In this document: positions 1 to 10,012 of the stretch, piece by piece | How positions within the stretch are numbered: position 1 is the first letter of the stretch | Layout of the letters: the number at the start of each line of letters is the position of its first letter | Assembly (NCBI GenBank): GCA_044229295.1 | Contig: JBGATJ010000007.1 | Location: forward strand, 13,141-77,140 | Length of the DNA: 64,000 nucleotides | Reading direction: 5' to 3' | Origin: Pseudobdellovibrionaceae bacterium | GTDB taxonomy: Bacteria; Bdellovibrionota; Bdellovibrionia; Bdellovibrionales; Bdellovibrionaceae | Notes under the pieces: generated by a model | What the model saw: only the letters and a program-made list of their open reading frames with translations | The model's database searches: none | Told to the model about the DNA's origin: nothing | Made by a program: the position numbers and the translations under genes

Positions 1-450
1 GCTCACAAATCGGGATTTTGGGGTGCCTATTTGTCGCTTCCGGGAGAACCTGATTTAGTCCCTGGGCTTCGCCAGTTAACGCAAGTGAATTGGGTTTTTC
101 CTAAGCTTTCTTCAGACACTGAGATGCAGTTTGTAGAGTGGGATTTTAAATCTCCACTGACGACCAACGCGCTCGGTGGTCATGAGCCAGCCAATGACCA
201 GATCGTGGATAAGAGGCAAATCGAGGGCCTCTTGATTCCGGGTTTGGCTTTTGATCCGTGGGGCACCCGTTTGGGACGGGGTCGCGGATATTATGATCGA
301 TACTTATCTGATTACCAAGGCGAGAAGTGGGGCGTGGCCTTTTCTCCGCAAATTTCCCAAGACCGTTTGCCACGTCATGAGTTTGATCAACCGGTGACGT
401 ACATTGTTACCGAAACAGAAATCCTGCAAGCGCGCGACGGAGATTGCTGA
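1..450 (+). CDS. 5-formyltetrahydrofolate cyclo-ligase, C-terminal part (5' end probably outside window)
   Basis: The reading frame is open from nt 1. The C-terminal motif GTRLGRGRGYYDRYL is typical of the 5-FTHF cyclo-ligase family. Confidence 0.7.
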   Translation, partial: AHKSGFWGAYLSLPGEPDLVPGLRQLTQVNWVFPKLSSDTEMQFVEWDFKSPLTTNALGGHEPANDQIVDKRQIEGLLIPGLAFDPWGTRLGRGRGYYDRYLSDYQGEKWGVAFSPQISQDRLPRHEFDQPVTYIVTETEILQARDGDC

Positions 451-505
451 GATGAACTCATTTTTTTTCATTAACCGATTCGCGAGCGCTTAAGTAAGGA
501 GAGCC

Positions 506-2089
506 ATGGACTCATGGGCATTAATCAGTGTTATTTTATTTATGGTTGGGGCAGGTTTAGGTGCGGGGATTTTCTTTGTTATTAAACGCTATCAAGACGA
601 GGAAAAAAAGAAATCCGCTCGTCACGAAGCTGAAAGGATCCTCAACAAAGCAAAATCGGATGCCGCCAAAATTGACCGCGACTCTAAAAATAAGGCTAAG
701 GATTTTGAAACCCGCGCTCGAAAAAATGTCGAAAGCGACATTCAAAAACAAAAAAATCAGCTCAAATCTCAAGAGACCAGAAACGATCGTCGTCTGAAAG
801 AGATCGAAGATCAATTTAAACTTAAAAACGAGGACTTTGAAAAAAGTGCCGCCGAGCTTCGATCGCGTGACGAAAAACTCAATATCGCTGAGAACCGCCA
901 CCGCGAGATCGAAAAAAAATTAGAATCGCAGCTCGAAGAAGTCCGTAATAAACTCGCCTCTGTTGGCTCTCTCACCTTAGAAGAAGCCAAGAAAGAGCTT
1001 TTCAGATCCATGGAAGATGAAGCTCGCGCAAAATCTCTTTCTAAAATTTTGCAAATTGAAGAAGAGGCAAAGCAAGAGGCGGAAAAAAAGGTCAAGCGCT
1101 TGATTTCAACCGCGCTCTCTAGATACGCGGCTGAATACACGGCAGAGCGTACGGTCAGCGTGCTAGCTCTGCCTAGCGATGAGATGAAGGGCAAAATCAT
1201 CGGTCGTGAGGGAAGAAATATCAGAACTCTGGAAGCCCTCTGCGGAGTGGACGTGATCGTTGATGACACTCCCGAATCCGTTGTTATCTCTGGATTTGAT
1301 CCTGTTCGCCGCGAAGTTGCCAAACGCACTCTAGAGAAACTCATGGAAGACGGGCGTGTGCATCCAGCTCGCATCGAAGAAGTCGTCGACAAAGTCCGAA
1401 GTGATCTTCTTAAACTCATGAAAGAGGATGGAGAAAAAGCCTGTTTAGATCTTGGAATTCCAACAGTGCACCCTGAGCTTTTAAAACTTCTGGGCTCGCT
1501 CAAATATCGAAGCACTCACACACAAAACTGCTACAACCACTCCCTTGAAGTCGGACATCTTGCGGGATTAATGGCAGCAGAGCTCGGCGCTAACGTGAAA
1601 GTGGCTAAACGTGCAGGCCTCCTCCATGATATTGGTAAGGCTGTTGATCATCAGGCCGAGGGCAATCACGCTCAAGCGGGCAGTGAAATCGCAAAAAAAT
1701 ACGGCGAAAACGAAGTCGTCTGTTTGGCCATTCGTTATCATGAAGACGGAGGAGATCGGCACAACTCACTCATCAGCTACGTCGTTGAAGCCGCGAATTT
1801 GATCGCCAATGCAAGGCCTGGTTCGCGTCGACCCAATATGGACAGTTTCATCCAGCGGCTTGAAGATCTCGAGTCTATCGGAAACAGTTTTGATGGCGTG
1901 ATTCGTACTTTTGCTGTTCAAGCAGGGAGAGAAGTTCGTGTGATTGTTGAAAGCAGCAAAGTGACTGACGAACAATCCATCATGCTAGGCCGAGATATTG
2001 CTCGTAAGATTGAGCGAGAGCTTTCGTTTTCTAGTCCGATTAAGGTGAATGTAGTCAGAGAAACCCGAGCTGTAGAAATGGCGAGGTAG
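506..2089 (+). CDS. rny: Ribonuclease Y
   Basis: N-terminal TM helix, then a long Lys/Glu-rich coiled region. KH motif [17 protein letters not shown] domain ([10 protein letters not shown]...LLHDIGK). AGGAG-type RBS upstream. Confidence 0.93.
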   Translation: MDSWALISVILFMVGAGLGAGIFFVIKRYQDEEKKKSARHEAERILNKAKSDAAKIDRDSKNKAKDFETRARKNVESDIQKQKNQLKSQETRNDRRLKEIEDQFKLKNEDFEKSAAELRSRDEKLNIAENRHREIEKKLESQLEEVRNKLASVGSLTLEEAKKELFRSMEDEARAKSLSKILQIEEEAKQEAEKKVKRLISTALSRYAAEYTAERTVSVLALPSDEMKGKIIGREGRNIRTLEALCGVDVIVDDTPESVVISGFDPVRREVAKRTLEKLMEDGRVHPARIEEVVDKVRSDLLKLMKEDGEKACLDLGIPTVHPELLKLLGSLKYRSTHTQNCYNHSLEVGHLAGLMAAELGANVKVAKRAGLLHDIGKAVDHQAEGNHAQAGSEIAKKYGENEVVCLAIRYHEDGGDRHNSLISYVVEAANLIANARPGSRRPNMDSFIQRLEDLESIGNSFDGVIRTFAVQAGREVRVIVESSKVTDEQSIMLGRDIARKIERELSFSSPIKVNVVRETRAVEMAR

Positions 2090-2091
2090 TC

Positions 2092-3315
2092 ATGGGGTTT
2101 CTCGACCCAAAAGAGCAGCTACGACTTTTGAAAAAAGGAGTTGTTGATCTCATCTCTGAAGAAGAGCTTTTAAAGAAGCTAGAAAAAAGCCGTAAAGAAA
2201 ATCGGCCCTTAAAAGTGAAGTGGGGAGCAGATCCCTCGCGACCTGACATTCACATTGGCCATACGGTCGTCATCAATAATCTCAAGGTTTGGCAAGATCT
2301 CGGGCACCACGTGATTTTTATCATCGGTGATTTTACGGCTATGATTGGCGATCCTACAGGCCGTAATGAAACTAGGCCTGCCCTCAGCCGCGAAGAAGTT
2401 TCTGAAAACGCTAAATCTTACGCCGCGCAAATTTTTAAAATTCTCGACGAGAAAAAGACCGAAGTTGTTTACAACTCCTCCTGGCTAGATCAGCTCAAGC
2501 CCCAGGACATGATCAAGCTTACGGCACAATATACTGTCGCGCGCATGCTCGAGCGCGATGATTTTACAAAGCGCTTTAAGAGCAACACCCCTATTTCGCT
2601 CCACGAATTTTTATACCCGCTCTGCCAAGGCTATGATTCCGTTGCCTTAAAATCCGATGTTGAGCTTGGGGGGACAGAACAAAAATTCAATCTGCTCGTG
2701 GGACGAGAGCTTCAAAAAAGTTATGGACAGGAGCCTCAGTCAGTTCTTACAACGCCGCTTCTTGTAGGTCTGGATGGCGTTCAGAAAATGTCGAAAAGCT
2801 ACGGCAACTATATTTCCGTGGTAGATTCTCCGACTGAGATGTTCGGTAAAACCATGCGCGTTTCTGACGAATTGATGTTTCAATACTACGAACTTCTCAC
2901 GGATATGACTGTCGAAGATGTCAAATCCCTTAAAATGCGTGTAGAAAAAGGTGAAGAGCATCCTCGTCAGGTCAAGGTGAATCTTGCAAAGACTTTTATC
3001 TCACGCTTTCATTCTCCAGAAGCTGCCAGTAAAGCCGAAGAAGAGTTCAATCGTATTTTTAAAGAAAAAGGTTTGCCTGATGAAGTGCCTGCGTTTGACA
3101 TGCCTTCCTCTGAGCCGCAATGGATTTGCGCGCTTATGGTCAAGCTTGGTCTTGCGCCAAGTAACAGCGAAGCTAGGCGCTTGATCGTAGCTAATGCCGT
3201 TGAACTTGATTCCGTCAAAGTCCAGGATCCAAATCTTAAGCTCGAGATGTCTTCAGGTAAAAATTATGTTCTTAAAGCCGGCAAAAAGAAATTTGCTAAA
3301 GTGAAGGTTCTATGA
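2092..3315 (+). CDS. tyrS: Tyrosine--tRNA ligase
   Basis: HIGH-type motif (DIHIGHTV), KMSKS present, S4-like C-terminal domain. Begins 2 nt after rny. Confidence 0.92.
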   Translation: MGFLDPKEQLRLLKKGVVDLISEEELLKKLEKSRKENRPLKVKWGADPSRPDIHIGHTVVINNLKVWQDLGHHVIFIIGDFTAMIGDPTGRNETRPALSREEVSENAKSYAAQIFKILDEKKTEVVYNSSWLDQLKPQDMIKLTAQYTVARMLERDDFTKRFKSNTPISLHEFLYPLCQGYDSVALKSDVELGGTEQKFNLLVGRELQKSYGQEPQSVLTTPLLVGLDGVQKMSKSYGNYISVVDSPTEMFGKTMRVSDELMFQYYELLTDMTVEDVKSLKMRVEKGEEHPRQVKVNLAKTFISRFHSPEAASKAEEEFNRIFKEKGLPDEVPAFDMPSSEPQWICALMVKLGLAPSNSEARRLIVANAVELDSVKVQDPNLKLEMSSGKNYVLKAGKKKFAKVKVL

Positions 3316-3785
3316 AAATTCGTTTTGAACCTCATAATGTCGAAGTCGATTTAGATCCAGCAAAAACTCTGCTCCAAATCGCTCAAGAAAACAAAATTCC
3401 CGTCAAATCACTCTGCAAAGGGACTCTGACGTGCGGGGAGTGCCGAATTAAAATTTTAGAGGGCGAAAATAATATTTTACCCCCCTCCAAGGCTGAGATG
3501 ACCTTGCTTGGAACCAACTATTTTATCGATCACCGCAGATTTGCTTGTCAGGTCCGATGTTTTGGAAAGGTTGTGATCGACGCCTCTGAACAGGTTCAGC
3601 GGCAAGAAACTCAGAGCAAAAAGCTGCGTGGGTTTCGCTCAGCTCGCGGGGATGCTGATTCAAAAGCGGTGCAGGGAACTTTGGTTCTTGATGAAAAGCC
3701 ACCCCTGGACGCGCCCCCTAAGGAGCCACGTCAGCAGCAAAGGCCACAGCAGCAGCGCCGTGAACCCAACAACCGGCAAAAATAA
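3312..3785 (+). CDS. 2Fe-2S ferredoxin-like protein with Pro/Gln/Arg-rich tail
   Basis: Cys pattern C-x5-C-x2-C...C ([10 protein letters not shown] ... FAC). ATGA overlap with tyrS. Low-complexity basic C-terminus. Confidence 0.6.
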   Translation: MKIRFEPHNVEVDLDPAKTLLQIAQENKIPVKSLCKGTLTCGECRIKILEGENNILPPSKAEMTLLGTNYFIDHRRFACQVRCFGKVVIDASEQVQRQETQSKKLRGFRSARGDADSKAVQGTLVLDEKPPLDAPPKEPRQQQRPQQQRREPNNRQK

Positions 3786-3786
3786 A

Positions 3787-4728
3787 CTATTGAGGAGCCG
3801 CATCTCCTGATGCAATGAGGGATGGCAACATATCCATCTTACAGGCAACGCTGCAGACCGCGCCTGATGAGGCCGCGTCTTGAGCGTAGATGCAGGTGAC
3901 AGAAGGGTCATGGACGTCACAAATGTAATTTTTAGGAGGTTTCGCGTAGAGATAAGATCCATCGCCATAGAACCTCTGTTCCGGCCGATGATCTTCGGGC
4001 GCGATGGAGGATCTGCAAGCTCCCTTGCCCGGATAAATCCCAGCCGTCGTTGAAGGACAGCTTGCTGCCGTGCGAGTGCCGTCATAGTAAACCTTAGAAT
4101 ATCGATCTGCACACTCATGAGTTTTTAGGTTGTAGTAAAGCATCCCATCGCTTGTCACATGGCAAGCAAGGTCTTGAAGGTTTGCTGGTGGGCTGTTCTG
4201 AATCGAATAGCAAAAGAGAATTTGGTTAGTGTCATTCGTAGCCACATAAAGAGAGATGTCTTGAGCGACCTGCTGTGCTCCCATGTTAGCCTGGGATTTA
4301 GTAGCCCTTACGGAAAAGTTCGCAATATGTCGATTTTGCCCGAGAGATTTTTTAAGCTTTAACTGAAAGGGCATAATCCTGAGGGTGTCGCCCGAAGCTC
4401 CGTTGGTTGCAGCCAAAGTGACAGGCGGAGCCAGTGGATCATCCACATTCATCACACTGATCGAGTTCAAATCTAAGGGATTCACGCCAAGAGTTTTGAA
4501 GCCCAGATTGAGCGCACTACTGCAGATTTTTGTATCGTCTAATGCCATCGACACTCGCTGAACCAAATCGTGAAACTCCTGCATGCTCCGCAAACTGTCT
4601 TCAGTCTGGCGTGTGGTGCTGATGTAAGACATCACTCCTAAGCCAACCACGAGCGCAAGGCTTGAGCCAATCATGACTTCTAGGAGCGAGAATCCTTTGT
4701 TCGTAAGGCCATTTTCTGAGTTTTTCAT
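3787..4728 (-). CDS. Prepilin-type N-terminal cleavage/methylation domain protein (pseudopilin) with Cys-rich C-terminal domain
   Basis: Class III signal KG|FSLLEVMIG with Glu5. Start chosen at the internal Met with an AAGGA RBS (the ORF track extends to 4776). About 10 Cys in the C-terminal 150 aa. Paralogous to the next gene. Confidence 0.7.
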   Translation of the reverse strand: MKNSENGLTNKGFSLLEVMIGSSLALVVGLGVMSYISTTRQTEDSLRSMQEFHDLVQRVSMALDDTKICSSALNLGFKTLGVNPLDLNSISVMNVDDPLAPPVTLAATNGASGDTLRIMPFQLKLKKSLGQNRHIANFSVRATKSQANMGAQQVAQDISLYVATNDTNQILFCYSIQNSPPANLQDLACHVTSDGMLYYNLKTHECADRYSKVYYDGTRTAASCPSTTAGIYPGKGACRSSIAPEDHRPEQRFYGDGSYLYAKPPKNYICDVHDPSVTCIYAQDAASSGAVCSVACKMDMLPSLIASGDAAPQ

Positions 4729-4744
4729 CGGACGTCCTTTTCTA

Positions 4745-5722
4745 TTAGTCATCTTGCCAGGCTTGAGCATCGGCAAGATCGTCGACAGAATACCCTAAGA
4801 GTAAGTCAACATTACAACACGCAGAACAAGTTGCGCTGGCCGACGGTAAATCATTGGCATACGCGCACGAGACCTCCATTGTATCATTGGGATTTGGATT
4901 GCAAACGTAAGGTCGAGGCATCGCAGAAAAGCGATTGATTCCATTTTCGTAAGTTCGAGAAAAAACCTCTCTGTTAGGATCTACTAAGTCAGAAGAACAA
5001 GAGTAAAAGTCTTTATCGATGAGGCCAATACCGCCCTGACCACATCTTGCCGTGGTGTGGTTTCCAGGAAAGCACTTCTTTGCATAACGACTTTTGCATT
5101 GCCTGGTTGCTGTATCAAAATAGTATTCACCTTGGCTTGTCGTCGCACACACCGACTGCATGAGGTCTTCACCGCTAGAGGGAACTTTTCCAAAACACGA
5201 GGTGATTGAAGAGAGCTGATCGGTGTTTGCAAAAATCGGGATGGACTCAAACATGTGGGCAGAGCCTCGCGAAGGATACATGAGGTCTGCTGTTATTTCT
5301 AAGCTTGCCATCCAACGATTTTTACTGATGGGCTGGGTAGGTTTTAACAATACACTTTTGACTGTAATGAGATTATTGATATTCTTCCCAGACTTTGCAA
5401 CTTCTTCGATCTTGTTGTTTGACTTGTCGTACTCGAAAATAGGGATGTCTGTGCTTCCACCGGTAGTTAAAGGGAGACTCGAAAAATTCAGCCGGCAGTT
5501 GTTTTCGCTTTTCAAAACGGTGAAGGTGCGGTCCACGAGATTGTTAAACTCTCTCTTGGCCCGCAAGTTCGCCTCACTCACATACATCCCTTGGATAAAA
5601 CTCACAAAGGATGTGAGAACCACCCCCGAAATGGCAACAGCAACCATGATTTCAATCAGGGTCAGACCTTTTTGGTCAAGACCCGACACTTTCTTATTTG
5701 CAAAGGCCGACGATAAAATCAT
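4745..5722 (-). CDS. Prepilin-type N-terminal cleavage/methylation domain protein (pseudopilin) with Cys-rich C-terminal domain
   Basis: Class III signal KG|LTLIEIMVAVAISG with Glu5. The C-terminal Cys-rich region aligns with that of 3787..4728 (SVCATTSQGEYYFDTATRQC vs LACHVTSDGMLYYNLKTHEC). Confidence 0.7.
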   Translation of the reverse strand: MILSSAFANKKVSGLDQKGLTLIEIMVAVAISGVVLTSFVSFIQGMYVSEANLRAKREFNNLVDRTFTVLKSENNCRLNFSSLPLTTGGSTDIPIFEYDKSNNKIEEVAKSGKNINNLITVKSVLLKPTQPISKNRWMASLEITADLMYPSRGSAHMFESIPIFANTDQLSSITSCFGKVPSSGEDLMQSVCATTSQGEYYFDTATRQCKSRYAKKCFPGNHTTARCGQGGIGLIDKDFYSCSSDLVDPNREVFSRTYENGINRFSAMPRPYVCNPNPNDTMEVSCAYANDLPSASATCSACCNVDLLLGYSVDDLADAQAWQDD

Positions 5723-6308
5723 AAATCCTCACTACGCCGTTGAGCGTACACATTTGATCTTGTAAGACCGTTACCCCATCGTATGAATAAGCAGAAGACT
5801 GACAAGCAACGATGTCCCCTGCTGGTTTGAGTTGTAAGTAGATTGGGATTTTCTTAATGAACGAATGCACTCCCGAAGTATTCATACCACTGGCAGTGAC
5901 GGTGATCTCACCTAGATGTTGGTCTGTTTGAATGAGCTTTTTGTAACTGAGGGAGATGTCCTTAACGGTGAGACGTCCACCAAACTGGGAGTTGGGCCGT
6001 GCTAAAAGAGTTCCGGTATCCACGACGCCAGCGTAGTTTAATGATAAACCAGTCAAAGGTGTGACTTTAGAAAGCACTCGATTTTTGAGGTTCGCAAAAC
6101 AGCCCTCTTTCGTGCTTAAAACAATGCTGATTTCGCCCATAAGGTTTTGGAATTCAATTTCTTCACGCTGTTTGACTTTGTAGGTGTCCATGGCGCTTCG
6201 ACTTTGTATGATGAGGCCAGTGCAAAGGAGCGCAAAGATGAGCCCCGTGACAACGCACATCAAAACTAAGGAAAAACCACGCTGATTGCGAAAAATTGAA
6301 AGTTTCAT
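5694..6308 (-). CDS. Pilin-like minor pseudopilin lacking Glu5
   Basis: N-terminus QRG|FSLVLMCVVTGLIF is a prepilin-like hydrophobic segment with Leu instead of Glu at +5. First gene of the three-gene minus-strand operon. Confidence 0.5.
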   Translation of the reverse strand: MKLSIFRNQRGFSLVLMCVVTGLIFALLCTGLIIQSRSAMDTYKVKQREEIEFQNLMGEISIVLSTKEGCFANLKNRVLSKVTPLTGLSLNYAGVVDTGTLLARPNSQFGGRLTVKDISLSYKKLIQTDQHLGEITVTASGMNTSGVHSFIKKIPIYLQLKPAGDIVACQSSAYSYDGVTVLQDQMCTLNGVVRIYDFIVGLCK

Positions 6309-6536
6309 TACGTCCTTCTTAAACGTGCCAACACCTTATATCTTACTTGAAATTTCGAATTGTTAAAGTCTCGTGTTGAGAATGGCCGTGCCTTGGGCCT
6401 GAGGGCTTATGAATCAATTTTCTGCAAATTTTGAATATCAAACTGAGACGGATGTACTTTTTCGGTCGTCATAATAACACAAAATCTACAGGCTTTTGGC
6501 CTACTCTCTGGGTTATCCATGATTGTGGAGGTCTAT

Positions 6537-7085
6537 ATGTCATCAACCATTTACCACTCAAAAAACCAGTCCAAACCCGGCAATCTCATGAGCATTGTTC
6601 ACACTGAGCTAGTTACGATCGGCGCAGAAGACCCTGTCGAAGAGGCTTACGAGATGATGGTTCAAAAAAAACTTCGTCATCTTCCAGTTGTAGATCGCGA
6701 TGATCAAGTGGTGGGAATTATCTCATCCCACGATATCGAAAGGGCAAAGTGGCCATACCCCAACAGCCAAGGTCGATTCATCCCAGATACAGGATTTCCC
6801 ATACACGCTGAAGTCCGGGATTACATGACAGCTCCCGTAATTTCGCTATCTGTCCTCAGCGACATTTCCTGGGTCGTAGATCTGATGTTAGATAAAAAAG
6901 TGTCGTCTTGCTTGATTGAAAAAGACGGGGAGGTTATCGGAATTATTACCGCACATGATCTGCTGGTTCTGCTCAAAGAGCTTTTGCATAAAACAAACAA
7001 CAGTCCGACGATGACTCTGGAGCAATGGCTGTCAGAATCTCCAATCGGGCCTCTTGCGACCATGCTTTCAAACAGTGGAATTTAG
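6537..7085 (+). CDS. CBS domain pair protein
   Basis: Two CBS-like repeats (LRHLPVVD..VVGIISSHDI and KVSSCLIEKDGEVIGIITAHDL). Start placed at the ATG 7 nt after GGAGG. Confidence 0.7.
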   Translation: MSSTIYHSKNQSKPGNLMSIVHTELVTIGAEDPVEEAYEMMVQKKLRHLPVVDRDDQVVGIISSHDIERAKWPYPNSQGRFIPDTGFPIHAEVRDYMTAPVISLSVLSDISWVVDLMLDKKVSSCLIEKDGEVIGIITAHDLLVLLKELLHKTNNSPTMTLEQWLSESPIGPLATMLSNSGI

Positions 7086-7411
7086 ACGTTGAAGGAGGCG
7101 CCGCAGCCGCAGTTTTTACTCGCGTTAGGATTTGAAAATATAAAACCCTTACCGTTGAGGCCTCCTGAAAAGTCCAGCGTCATCCCAATGAGATAAAGAA
7201 AGCTCTGTGAGTCCACAACAACTTTCTCGCCAAAATTTTCGAAAACCTTATCGTCGCTTTTAAGTTCTGAATCGAAATCCATCTTATAAGAAAGACCTGA
7301 GCAGCCGCCTTTTTTAACCTGCACTCGCAAAAACGTCTGGTCGTTGTCTTTGCCCTCTTCGGCTTTTAGAGATTTTAATTTCTTTGCTGCAGCCTCAGAA
7401 ACTTGAATCAT
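7082..7411 (-). CDS. Iron-sulfur cluster insertion/assembly protein, HesB/IscA family
   Basis: C-terminal CGCGASFNV and internal GGCSG motifs. Start at the internal Met preceded by AGGAG. Confidence 0.85.
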   Translation of the reverse strand: MIQVSEAAAKKLKSLKAEEGKDNDQTFLRVQVKKGGCSGLSYKMDFDSELKSDDKVFENFGEKVVVDSQSFLYLIGMTLDFSGGLNGKGFIFSNPNASKNCGCGASFNV

Positions 7412-7503
7412 AATTGGTCTCCTGATTTCCATCTTAGCACAAATCAAGCGCTGGATAAACCTCTCCCTTGAGATCCACTAAACATATAATTTTACTTGCT
7501 TTT

Positions 7504-8667
7504 TTAAGCCTGCGGACGCAAGGTCTCAGTGCTCATCGAAAGGCGTTTGGCGGCTTCCCTAACCTCATCCTCAGTCGTGAATCGGCCTAAACTCACTCGT
7601 ACTGTCGAGTGCGCGTCCTGCTCACTCATTCCAATGGACGCTAAGATATGGCTGGATTGCACGTTTCCAGATTGGCAGGCAGATCCCTGGCTCATGCAAA
7701 GTGAGACAGTTCTTGCGATGAGAGCATCTGAAGAAACTCCTGGCAGGGTGAGGCTGAGAGTGTTGCAAGAGCGCTCAGTGGGATGGCCGTTAAATCGGGC
7801 TGACGGCTGGTTCTGCTGAACAAGGTTAAAGAGTAAATCCCTCAGAGCGGCAATGCGTGGAACCTCTGTCGCCATTTCTTTTTGCGCAAGCTCTGCCGCT
7901 ACTCCAAAGCCGACGATTCCAGCCACATTCAGTGTCGTGCTTCGCAGGCCTTTTTCTTGGCCGCCGCCAAGGAGAAGCGGCGTGAGTTGCACTTTGGGAT
8001 TTTGACTACGAATATAGAGAGCGCCGACACCTTGAGGTCCATAAAACTTGTGAGACGAAAGTGACAAAAGATCAACGCCGAGTTCATTCACGCTTAGAGG
8101 AATTTTTCCAGCACCTTGAGTGGCATCACAATGAAAGTAAACTTTTGCCGACTTCGCGAGAGCTCCCAACTCAGCGATAGGATTGATAGTGCCAAGTTCG
8201 TTGTTAATGGCAACAGTCGTGAGAAGGCGAGTTGTTGGTCGTAGCGCCTTTTGTACCGTCTTAACTTCAAGCTGACCATAAGAGTTGACAGGAAGAAGGT
8301 CGACCTTGGCGCCCCATTTTTCAAGATGTTCTAGAGTTTTTAAAACTGATTTGTGTTCGGCCCTCGAGGAAAGAACATGAAAATCCTCTTGAGGACTAGT
8401 CTCTTTGAATTTTTCAAACAGACCCGTGAGGGCCCAATTGTTACTTTCCGTAGCGCCCGAGGTAAAAATAATTTCCGAAGGCTTACAACTGAGAAGATGA
8501 GCGACCTGCTCCCTAGCCCGAGTCACAGCCTCACTAGCCTTCCACCCATGAGGATGTTGGCTAGCGGGATTTCCAAAGTTCTCCTTATAATAGGGAAGCA
8601 TGGCTTCAAGAGCCCGAGGATCAAGAGGCGTTGTAGAATTGTAATCAAGATAGATGATCTTCTGCAT
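7504..8667 (-). CDS. iscS: Cysteine desulfurase (IscS/NifS class)
   Basis: PLP lysine motif SSHKFYGPQGVGALY. Active-site loop GSACQSG. Adjacent to the IscA-family gene. Confidence 0.87.
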   Translation of the reverse strand: MQKIIYLDYNSTTPLDPRALEAMLPYYKENFGNPASQHPHGWKASEAVTRAREQVAHLLSCKPSEIIFTSGATESNNWALTGLFEKFKETSPQEDFHVLSSRAEHKSVLKTLEHLEKWGAKVDLLPVNSYGQLEVKTVQKALRPTTRLLTTVAINNELGTINPIAELGALAKSAKVYFHCDATQGAGKIPLSVNELGVDLLSLSSHKFYGPQGVGALYIRSQNPKVQLTPLLLGGGQEKGLRSTTLNVAGIVGFGVAAELAQKEMATEVPRIAALRDLLFNLVQQNQPSARFNGHPTERSCNTLSLTLPGVSSDALIARTVSLCMSQGSACQSGNVQSSHILASIGMSEQDAHSTVRVSLGRFTTEDEVREAAKRLSMSTETLRPQA

Positions 8668-8690
8668 AGAATGGATTTAGCATACTTAAA

Positions 8691-8803
8691 CGGCAACAGC
8701 AACACTGGCAAACTGACAGCACCAGAAACAGCACCCGAAACAGCATCAGCACCAGCATCAGAGACAGCGCCCGAAACAGCATCAGAGACAGTGCAGAATC
8801 CAG
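8691..8803. repeat. Degenerate NNNCAG-periodic tract (left arm of intergenic element, copy 1)
   Basis: Read directly: gaaacagcaccc/gaaacagcatca/gagacagcgccc/gaaacagcatca units. Roughly the reverse complement of the (GCTGAT)n array 50 bp downstream. Confidence 0.6.
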
Positions 8804-8856
8804 TTTGCTGAAGTTTTTAAAAAAACTCCGAAACTAAACCTGATCTTGAAATTGAA

Positions 8857-8956
8857 GCTGACGCTGATGCTGACGCTGATGCTGATGCTGATGCTGATGC
8901 TGATGCTGGTGCTGATGCTGATGCTGATGCTGATGCTGATGCTGATGCTGATGCTG
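8857..8956. repeat. Hexanucleotide tandem array (GCTGAT)n, 16 units (13 GCTGAT, 2 GCTGAC, 1 GCTGGT)
   Basis: Counted directly in the sequence. Ends 6 nt from the stop codon of the minus-strand gene 8963..10009. Confidence 0.95.
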
Positions 8957-8962
8957 TCAGTG

Positions 8963-10009
8963 TCACCACCGCCAAAACAAATCAAAACTTGGATAGTATC
9001 CAAGTTCAGCGTTGACGTCTTTGGTGTAGCGGAGGCTATTGATATCGTTGGAGTCAAGTTCAAGGGCGAGATGCAGGTGATCCCAAATCATCATGTAGGC
9101 CAGGTAGCCACCTACGGTTTTATTTACGAAGTTGTAAGAAGGGCCAATAAGGACTCGATTCCAGTTCCAACGAATGAATTCGTAGCCGGTTTGGATCGAA
9201 CTGCTCGTGAAATAGTTCACCAGAAGATTTTTGTCATTGGAGTTGACGTTGAGAGCTGAGACGCTCAGACGGGTGTGTGAGACCATGGAGCTGTTGGAAA
9301 TAGAATCCCAATACAGCGATGCTTTGACACTGGTTTGCTTTTCGACCACATCATTATTTTTGACCTGCAGCTGAAGGGCATCAAATCCGATAGAGAGAAC
9401 CTGGGAGTCAAAGCTGTAGAATTTGTACTTTGCGCCGAAGTTATAGGTATTCGCCACCAGACCTGGGACCCAAAGATGAACGGAGGCCTGATTAGTGATC
9501 CCATATCTGTAAAAGCCGAAAATCGAAGCGAGGCTTTCGCCTTGAGCGAGGGTTTCCGCTGTTTCTCCAACAACCGTTCCCTGATACACGAGGGGTTTGA
9601 TACGCGCAGGAACTTCGGGTCGCTCTTTTACGAAAAGTTCCGTACCTCCCAGGTAGAGATCCGGAGGTGGTGCCGTGAGGTCAATTCCTAGGACTTCATC
9701 TCCAGAGAGAACAAAGCGCCCTCTCAAATGTTTTGTAATTTTAAAAGTGAGCTCGTAAGCTGTTGTTCCCAATTTTTTGATGGCAAACAGGTGAACGAAT
9801 GCCAGGATGACCTTTTCATCAGTGCGATCGACAACGGGGTACTCGGTACCTAGTGTCCATGGATGAGCCGACGCTGTTCGGCCCGTGAGTGTGTAGTGAT
9901 CGACAAAATCGACAATTTCAGCTTTTGCTAAAACAGGCTGAGAAAGCGTTTCATCGGCCTTAGAAAATTGAAAAAAAAGAAGTGCCATAAGCACCAAAAA
10001 ATACTGCAT
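8963..10009 (-). CDS. Exported hypothetical protein, possible outer-membrane beta-barrel
   Basis: Signal peptide [18 protein letters not shown]. The C-terminal half has alternating aromatic/polar strands and an aromatic terminus (FWRW). Confidence 0.5.
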   Translation of the reverse strand: MQYFLVLMALLFFQFSKADETLSQPVLAKAEIVDFVDHYTLTGRTASAHPWTLGTEYPVVDRTDEKVILAFVHLFAIKKLGTTAYELTFKITKHLRGRFVLSGDEVLGIDLTAPPPDLYLGGTELFVKERPEVPARIKPLVYQGTVVGETAETLAQGESLASIFGFYRYGITNQASVHLWVPGLVANTYNFGAKYKFYSFDSQVLSIGFDALQLQVKNNDVVEKQTSVKASLYWDSISNSSMVSHTRLSVSALNVNSNDKNLLVNYFTSSSIQTGYEFIRWNWNRVLIGPSYNFVNKTVGGYLAYMMIWDHLHLALELDSNDINSLRYTKDVNAELGYYPSFDLFWRW

Positions 10010-10012
10010 GAT

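Noticed and set aside
811-1515. 234-aa antisense ORF inside rny
   Set aside because: It is a Ser/Arg-rich shadow of the Lys/Glu-rich RNase Y frame, and the sense strand carries unmistakable KH/HD motifs.
2089-2092. T-box or other leader for tyrS
   Set aside because: tyrS starts 2 nt after rny, so there is no room for a leader.
5223-5765. 180-aa plus-strand ORF
   Set aside because: It is antisense to the pseudopilin gene 4745..5722, which has a canonical prepilin signal.
8857-8956. CRISPR array (also considered for 25838-25903)
   Set aside because: The units are 6 nt, contiguous and spacer-less, and no cas genes are present. This is a microsatellite, not a CRISPR.
8353-9259. ORFs 8353..8811(+), 8846..9259(+) and 8782..9063(-), which translate to APETAS, LMLMLM and SISISI runs
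   Set aside because: They are translations of the hexamer/CAG-periodic repeats. They have no start context and extreme low complexity, and they overlap iscS or the 8963..10009 gene on the opposite strand.
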